Virus record (IMG/VR): IMGVR_UViG_3300026321_000001 | Source of the DNA: an uncultured virus (IMG/VR IMGVR_UViG_3300026321_000001) | Taxonomy: Duplodnaviria; Heunggongvirae; Uroviricota; Caudoviricetes | Length of the DNA stretch: 64,000 bases | Strand: one strand, 5' to 3' | Part shown: positions 36,001 to 45,000 of the stretch, one piece after another | How the letters are laid out: every line of letters starts with the position of its first letter | Position numbering within the stretch: the first letter of the stretch is position 1 | Position numbers and translations under genes: made by a program | Notes under the pieces: generated by a model | What the model was told of the DNA's origin: nothing | Database searches by the model: none | What the model saw: only the letters and a program-made list of their open reading frames with translations

Positions 36001-39000
36001 GAGAGGGAACTGGGTTTTAATCCCATTAAAGTCATCAGAAATATTATCAATCTTCTTAACAATAGAGGTTAGAATTTCCTCTGAGTTAGTTAATCTCTTC
36101 TGTCTGAACAGTACCTCAGTGTTATTGAACTGGGTATATATGGGTTGTGCGTTAGCAAAAGATGTAATTTGGTTGATATTAGTGAAGGAGTTGATATTAA
36201 CCTCTTTAATGAGGTCAGATACAACCTTTCTTCCAGAAATATCCTTACCACCAGTAATTGCTAGTTCACCGAACAGGTTAAATCCAACAGGGTGGTTTGT
36301 TTCTAGTACAGGCTTTCTCCACTGGTTAATAGGTGTTTGAGACTTAATAACGTAAGAGAAGTTCTGATAGAAGTAAGAGTCTTGTATTTTCTGAACAATT
36401 TCAGATGGTTTACCAACGTCATCGATAAATTGACCAGGTGTATTGGTTAGAGATGCAATATTCAGTGTACCAGTAGCGATTGATAGGTTATCAATCAAAC
36501 CAGATGCACGAGAAACCTCACCAGTTACACGTTCACCCTTTGTCCAAACACCGTCATAGTTCTCAAGTTTAAGGATTCTAGGTCCAATCTGCCAACCTTC
36601 GTTAGTAGAAACGTAACCAATTGCAGATGATAGTGCTAATGATGTACCCTGATAGACCTTTTCACCTTCTAAGAACCTAGAAGTTTCAACGATAGCAGTT
36701 GCTTTACCACCAAATACCTCGGTGAGTAATACTTGTCTACCTTCACCTTGAGTCAAGAATGTGATATAAGAACCAGATTCAGCATCTAATTTAGTAAGTG
36801 ATATACGTAATTGGTCAGATTCAAGTGAATTTGCCTCACCAGCGATAGCATAGTAGATCTGAGTCTCAACCAAGCTAGTTAAACCAGCAGAACTTGGTTT
36901 TGGTAGGATACCTACAGTAGATCCGAGATCCTCTGCACGTAAAGAGACTTCAGCACCAGTTGTGATGCCGTGTGGGAAGTTGAACTGTAAATAACCTAAG
37001 TCAACGTTAACAACGTAGTTAAATTCTGATTTAAGTGTAACCGAAGGTTCAGAACTGTATCCTGAGCCTGGATCCTTAATAATAACCTCAGATAGACGAT
37101 TGTTCTTAACAATTGCCTCTGCTTTAGCACCAGAACCACCACCACCTTCAATTACAACAGCGGGAGTTGAAGTATATCCAGAACCTGGGTCAGTTATCTT
37201 GATCTGTGCGAGTAAAGCGGTATTAAACAGCTGAAGGTTCACAGGGAAAGTTATTTCAGGTCTCAACGTATAATCGTGAGAGTAACCGAAACCAAACTCA
37301 TTATTCTTAAGTTTCTTGATCTTACCGATTGATTTACCTTGTAAGAACACAGAAGCACCTGATCCTTCATCAGGAATCACAACTTGTAAGTCTCCACCAG
37401 AACCAGCAAGTAGAGAACCAAGGATACCTGGAATTGCATCAATATCAATAGTTGCAGACTTATATCCCTTACCAGCAGAAGTTAGGGTAACATCAGTGAT
37501 AACTCCTTCAAAATCACCGTCATCTTGAACAGTGATGTTACAAGTAGCACCTTCACCGTCTCCATCGATAGGAACGTTGTAGTAAACACCATTTACATAC
37601 TCAGTACCACCGTTAAGGATACGAACCTTCTCAATCTCTCTATTAGAAGCGATATCAGTAACAATTGGTAGTCTCTGATAGAATCCACCTGGGTTTACCA
37701 GTTTAATAGCAGATATTGGACCAATTGCCTTGGCAGAAGTCGTTGAGTAGGAAGAACGAGGTAATTGGAACTCATTGTTACCAACAGGAGCATTAGTCTT
37801 CTCTGGCTCATTTAACAGTTTAAAGTCAAATGTTTTACCAGCATTACTTGTTGCAGTTACCCTAAACGTTCCTTTATAAGGAGTTGATATAACGTCAATG
37901 AAAGATCCTTCACCTACAGGAGAAGTTGCACCTGTCCTTGAAGGGTCAAAATAGTATGAAATATTAGTAACATCTTCATTAATGACAAATTTAACCAACG
38001 GAGTTGGTGAATCATCATCAGTAAATCCTGGTGTACCCTCTCTAATAATGTTAATAAACGGATATTCCAGCTTAAACTGGTTATCCCTAGAGAATGATAA
38101 GTAATATCCTAAGTTTGAATTGTCATCAAGGTCAAATATGTACTGATGACCTCTAACAAAGAGGAATTTAGGATGTTTAGCGTATATATTGACATTAGTT
38201 ACTGAGGAACCACTACCAGAGAAGGTTGGCTCTTGTACAGCAGTAGATCTCATACGGAAGGAGAAGTCTCTTGAATTAAAGACCTCTTCTACGAAGAATG
38301 AACCGTTATAATCGTTTGTAGCAAAGTTTTCAGTGAATATGATATCACTCACTTCAAAGTTATGTCTACTAGAAGCAGAACAATAAACTAGATCAGTATT
38401 AGCAAGTGCTCCACTAGGAATAACATCCTTATTCAGTTTTGCAATCAAGGATATCTTCTTAACACCAGTCAAACCAGTGAATGTTGCAATCTTACCAGTA
38501 GCATCAACAGCAAACTGAAGGTTTACAGCATCAGCATCAATAGTATCTCCTTTAATAAATGAGGAATCGCTATAGATCTCTTCAATCTTTATAGTATAAT
38601 CAACTGCTGCAAAAGGCTTCCAAGAAGCGAAGGTTGCTAAAGTAGATCCACTATATGAAGTATCTGCAAGGTCTACCTCATATATACCAGATGCAGACAG
38701 ATATGCCCAAGAAACAGCACCATCAGACACAATACCAGTTGTATGTGTAGGTGCAATAGTACCAGATGTACCAGCAGAAGTACACTGATATAGCTTCTTA
38801 TCGTTGTAAACGATGTCTTCTACAGCATATACAAAGTTAGTTGCCCAAATTGGGTCAGTCTTTTCCTCTGTAAAGTTCCATTCTAGCTCGTTTACATCAC
38901 CGTGAGTCGATTTTAGTAGTTTTGTTTGGTCAAATGTACCAATAATCTTACCAATCTTACAAGAATTGACTCCAGTCTCAACAACTACACCATATGCAGA

Positions 39001-42000
39001 TATTACATCGTTGCCACCAATGACTGAATACTGTTGTAAAGTGGTTCCTTTAGTGAATGATGCGTTCTGATTGAACGTAATTGTCTTAACTAGGTCAATT
39101 TGGGAATATTTTGCGTCTCTAAAGTAGAATTTCGGTACAACAGTAGTTGTAAGAAGTAGTTTTTTACCACCAGGAGTCGGAATAGTAGCAGTTCTGTTAC
39201 CAAATGATTGATCTGTCGATGTATGAGTGAATACACCAGGTACGTGAGTTGAAATAACATCACCATAATCAAGTATTTGAATACCAGCAGGACCAATCTG
39301 CCAAGGATTCATCGCTACGTTCTGGGTATTAAACGTATAACTGCTTGTGGCGGCGACGTTTAGGGTATGTCCTGTCTCAACATCGTTAAGAGCAAAGGAT
39401 CCAAGTATTGTTTTCTCCTTATCAATCTTGTAGATAAAACCTTGAGCAATATGACTAGTACCTTCTACAACATCAGGAGCAGTAAATGCTTCAGTGTACT
39501 TAGCACTAGGTGAAATAACTGCATTATCAATCCATCCAATCCAATTATTAACTGAATTAGGAGTACCATCAGGACCAATACTAACGTCCTTCATTGAAAC
39601 ATCAACAGTTGTACTGGTAAGAACCTGTGCTTCAATACCATTAACATATAAGCGATACTTGTAATCACCAACTCCAACACGTTCCTTACTAAAAGCAACG
39701 TGAATAAATGCTTCGTTATTAAAGATAGCAAAGTAGTTAGCAGCAGTAGAGAATGTAGTAGTACTGGTTAGATCAATAAATGTCTTACCAAAATTAGGAC
39801 TTGTTGAATCTGCATCAAGACCAATCTTAACTGTATTACCAGTATTATCAAGTACACTGAAGAATATTGGTTTTGTATTAGAACCACTATACTGAGCAGT
39901 TCCCATTGCCCAGAATGCTTCACAAGTCCAACTAGTAGCTACATCAGCACCATACTGAAGAGCAAGAGAGTTAGATGCGTCTAACTTAACAGAAGATGCT
40001 CCAACGTGCTTCTTAGTATCATCAATTACAGCGTTACCAACTGCATACCAAGCTTTGTTAGTAGCAGTAGCAAGAGTATCATTATATGTGTCATCAAAGA
40101 GATTATCAGCAGTATCCCAGTTAAAGATTGCTAACTGATCTGCTTCCATCTTATTACCAACAACAACTGTATCACCAGAACTGTCGTTAGCAACTGCAAC
40201 TGCCTTAAATCCAATACCATCAGTTTCACTTGCAGTAGCAGCAGATATTACTGTACCTGTGTTCCAACCGACTTTGATAGTTGTTGATTCAATAGCATTG
40301 AAATCTCTCTGTACAGAAGCAGATACGTCAACATTACCAAAGATATCAAATTGAACACCAGCGTTCTCAACACTCTCGTATGTACCAGTAGGAATAAAGA
40401 GTCTACTTTGATCAGTACTACTAAAGTCAGACCCCTCATCAAACTTAGAGTATAATACACCATAATTCTTACCATTTACATCAATAGCAGTTGCAGTTAC
40501 ATAAACTGCACCATATTCATCAATGGTGAATGTTGGGTTTGCAAACTTATATGAAGCATTGGTAATCTTCTTAGACCACACAACTTCAACAGTTGCACTA
40601 TCATAATAAGTCTGACCGATAATAATGTCACCAGTATTATCAGGTTCTGAGATACCACAGAAAAGGAACGTATCCTTAGATTGCCATTCAATCTGATGTA
40701 AATGCTCACTAACTGAACTAGAAGCGATCTTACGCTTCTCCATCATAGAACCATCAATATCTAAAAGTGCAACCCACATATCATCTGGTTGCAGGGAGTT
40801 AGCATCGGTATAACCACCGATCATAACTCTACCATCTTGATCTAGACTAACAGTAGTGGCGTAATCGCGTCTGGTGGAACCAGATATACCAGCAATATCA
40901 CGCTGCCATTGAATAATACCATCGGGGTTATTAGCGTTATCGAAACCTGAAGTATACTTGGCAACAACAATATCAGGGTTGTGTGTCAAGTTTATTGTGT
41001 TAGTAACTGTCTCACCAACAACATAGATGTTATGAGGATTACTATTCTCAATATGAAGTGACTTCCACTTCAGTGATTTTGCACCAGAAGGTACTGTAGG
41101 TACAAGAGTTCTCGTCCAAAGAACCCTACCATCACTGTTAAACTTAGAAAGAACACCACAAGTATCTCCACCAGTAAGATTTCTCTCACCAACTACGTAG
41201 ATAGTACGATCATCCGCAACTTGAACATCATTTATAGAAACAATACCAGTAGCTTCCTTCAAGAATGATAAGAAGTAAGTTGCTTTCTTATATCTCTGTG
41301 GATGTGATACACGAATCTTAGGTGGATTCACTGTACCATATGCAGAACCAGAGTTGATTATATTTGCTTCCTTAACAGCACCAGCTTCAGTTCTCACCAA
41401 TTCCAGTTTAAAATCTTGTCCAACAGTTGAAATTAGTTCATATGTTGGAGGAAGTTCTGAAGAATAACCAATACCATCCTGAGTGATAGTTAATTGCTCA
41501 ACACCAGATATAACTTTAACTCTAAGTGTTTTGTTAGTGTCATCAAGGACAGGTGTGCTATCAACAATGATTTCATCACCAGCACGCAATTCGTGCTCTT
41601 CTGGAGTTGTTATACGTCCATATGGCTCATCATTGAGCATATAAGATGAATATCCAGCAATAGCAAGACCTGCAACAGAATTGACCTTAGCAGATGCACC
41701 AAAACCTTCTGTACCTTCATTATCAAAGTATAGTTTGTCACCAACCTTATAAGAGATACCTGGGTTCTCAACGACGAATCCATCAACTTGAGCATCCTCA
41801 AACTTGGTAGTAGTCTCAATATCGATATCAACCTCAGAACGAGTAGATACTCTAGGGTAGTAATCAAATAATTGTAATACGGGTTCTTCTGAGATATTAA
41901 TTGGTGTAGTATCTTCAAGATTGTTTATTACACCATCTCTGTTAGTATCTTCAATTTCAAAGATAAGTTCTTCACCAAGTTCAGTTACAAGGATATCTGT

Positions 42001-45000
42001 CTCAGCATTAGGCTGACGATCGATATCAATGTCAACATCCTCGTAAGGATCACGATAACGGACAACATCATCAGGGATATTAGTCTGTACAGCATCCTGA
42101 CTGTAGTTCCACTCATCTGCCTTAGAATATAACTGAGGACCAGCAATATATGGGAATACTGGGTTACCTGCGTCAGATGCGTCAATAGAGATGAAATATG
42201 CGTATACACCTTCAGGGAACTGAGGTGTCTTACAGAAACGACCATTATACTGGTCTAAATCACCATACTGGAAGGTATACTCAAAGTCTTCAATGAATGA
42301 ACCAGCAGGATATGAATTAAGTACAGGACCATCTAGACGGACTGGATTTGGGTTAGTCGCAGCATCATAAAGTAGAATTGGCTTTATTCTGTAAGAAGAT
42401 CTTATACGACGTACACCAGAAGACTGGTCAGTAGCATCTATGTAACCGTAAGGACCATAAATGGGGTTACCATCAAATGCCCATCCAAGAATAGGTGAGT
42501 GTGCCCATCCTGTAGATAATTCTTGTAATTCTTGTGTTGATTGGTTTTTGAATACATTATCTCCAAGAACATACCTTAATTGCTTAGGATCTGATACGTG
42601 AGCGTATTCACCACCATATTGAGTGTTATATCCCGCAAATACGTAACCACGTGCTGTATCGAAAGATAGACCTAACTCATCCTGTAGGTTTCTTGTCCAC
42701 TCGAATACATTAGCGGTAAATGTTGCCATTTCACCGACTGCTTCTAATCTAACGGATGTTAACCCAGTTGTATAACCTATACCTCTGTTAACAACAGAAA
42801 CACCAATAACTTTACCTCTATCCTCTCCAACAGTACCAATAGATGCTTTTGCAACAGCACCATAACCATCACCATTGATTACAATCTCAGGAGCAGTGGT
42901 ATATCCCTTACCAGCAGCAATAATAGCGATTGAAACGATACGACCGTTAATGATAATTGGTTGTGCAACAGCACCTTCACCAGAGTTTAATTTGATTGTA
43001 GGTGATGTAGTGTAGGAAGAACCTGCACTAGTTACACTTACAGACTTAATTGGACCTCTAACAGCCGCAGTTGCGGTTGCACCAGTACCACGTCCACCAG
43101 ATATCGAAACATCGGGTTGTGAAGTGTATCCTTGACCTGGGTTTTCAACCAAAATCTTACTTACTACACCGTTAGTAATAACAGCGGTAGCAGTAGCACC
43201 GAATCCATTACCGCCCACGATACTAACAAGAGGACTGCTAAAGTAACCAGAACCCCCTGCGGTGACATCAATTTCACTTAATTGTCCATCTACAACAACA
43301 CTTGCTGATGCACCAGTTCCACCACCACCTGTAATTTCAATGAGAGGAGGGAATGCAGCATCATATCCTTTACCAACATTAGTGATGTTTAAACCAGTTA
43401 CACCACCAAACTTAATTTTACTCTCTGATCTATAAGACCAAGCAGATACACCATTAACCCACGCACCAATAGGTCCAAACGTAGTGTCTTCACGTTTGGA
43501 TATGGTGTTGATTACTCTAGGAATACGAATTAATTTACGCTGGTTACCTGGAAGCAGTGCAGATCCTACAAAAGGACCAACTTCATAGTTTGGTATACCA
43601 GATGATGCAATGTATGAATACGTATTATTGAAGAAAGTATTCTGTACGTTTGTAGTAAAATCTCTAATTGCAATGCTAATTCCTTCTTCTGGGGACTTAC
43701 CTTTGTTCAGATCAACTGATAGAAGGATATTTCCAGCAGGTGCAGCGTCAGCAGGTGCAGGAATACTATACTCAAAGATGAAATCGCTGATACGAGATGT
43801 TACTAAGAACGTACCATTGAACACAGTTGGGTTTGCACCATAGATTGTAACGGTATCTCCAACCAAAAGCCCGTGCTTATTATCACAAGTTACGGTTGCT
43901 GTCTGATTATTAAGACCACCAGGTACAACACCACTGATCTGAATCAGTTTCTTAACGTTATACAGCCAAGATGTGACACGCTGATCTATAGATGTAGAAC
44001 CAAGAGATGCAACATTTAGTTTGTCACCAGGTAAGTAGTATGATCCTGTGTCGGTCAGTACAGTGGATTTTGCGTCTGCAATACCCAAAACACGCATTTT
44101 GATCTCATTACTAAGACCCTGATTGACATATACGTAAATTTCTGAGTAAATTGCAGTACCAGAATCCCAATCTTCTACAACACCATTCTTAGAACGTGTA
44201 CATTCAATGAACTGGTTAAGAGTTTTCTCTTTGTATTGAACCTTCTCATTGTCATTAATGAGGATTGTTCCGTTTCTTTCAGGCCAACCAATAGTAGAGT
44301 CAACCGTAATAATCGAATCTGTAGTGCTAAGTTGCTCTACCAGAGTAGTTTTGTAAGGTATAGTGAACTTACCTTGTAGTGTTTCTTCAGATATTGCAAG
44401 TTCATACACAATACCTACACCAGTATTGATCGCAATAACGTTCTCAATAAGTGCAGATGCCGCTTGTACATTGATATCTACTGCATCTACGTACTGAATT
44501 AACTGTGCATCTAGAAGATCAGCTGGATCTCCACTCAAAAGTTCTGCACGAAGGACTGTATCTACGTTCCAAGATGCAGCAGAAGGCTTGATAACCTCAT
44601 CTTTTGGATAGGATACATCAACATTCTCCGAGAACAGCATCTTAAACAGGTACTGTGTAGAGATCTTTGTACCTTTAGATGCGTAGAAATCACTAATAGT
44701 CTTGATAATTTGCGGAGCATTTACCTTTTCATAGTCAATTTCCGCATTAGGAAGGTACTGGTTTACGTATCTTCTGTATAATTCCTTAGCAAAGAGTGTA
44801 TCTAAGTTAGAAATAATAGATCCAACTGCGTGGGAAGATTGAACTGTATCTGATTCTTTCTCAAATACTTGGTTGCCTTTTTGGTCAAAACTGGATACAC
44901 CAGAAACACCACGCTTACAATTTACGAATGCAGATGGTTCATATCCAGAACCTGCATTATGAATGGTAAATCCAGTGATCTCACCAAATCCAACGTCACA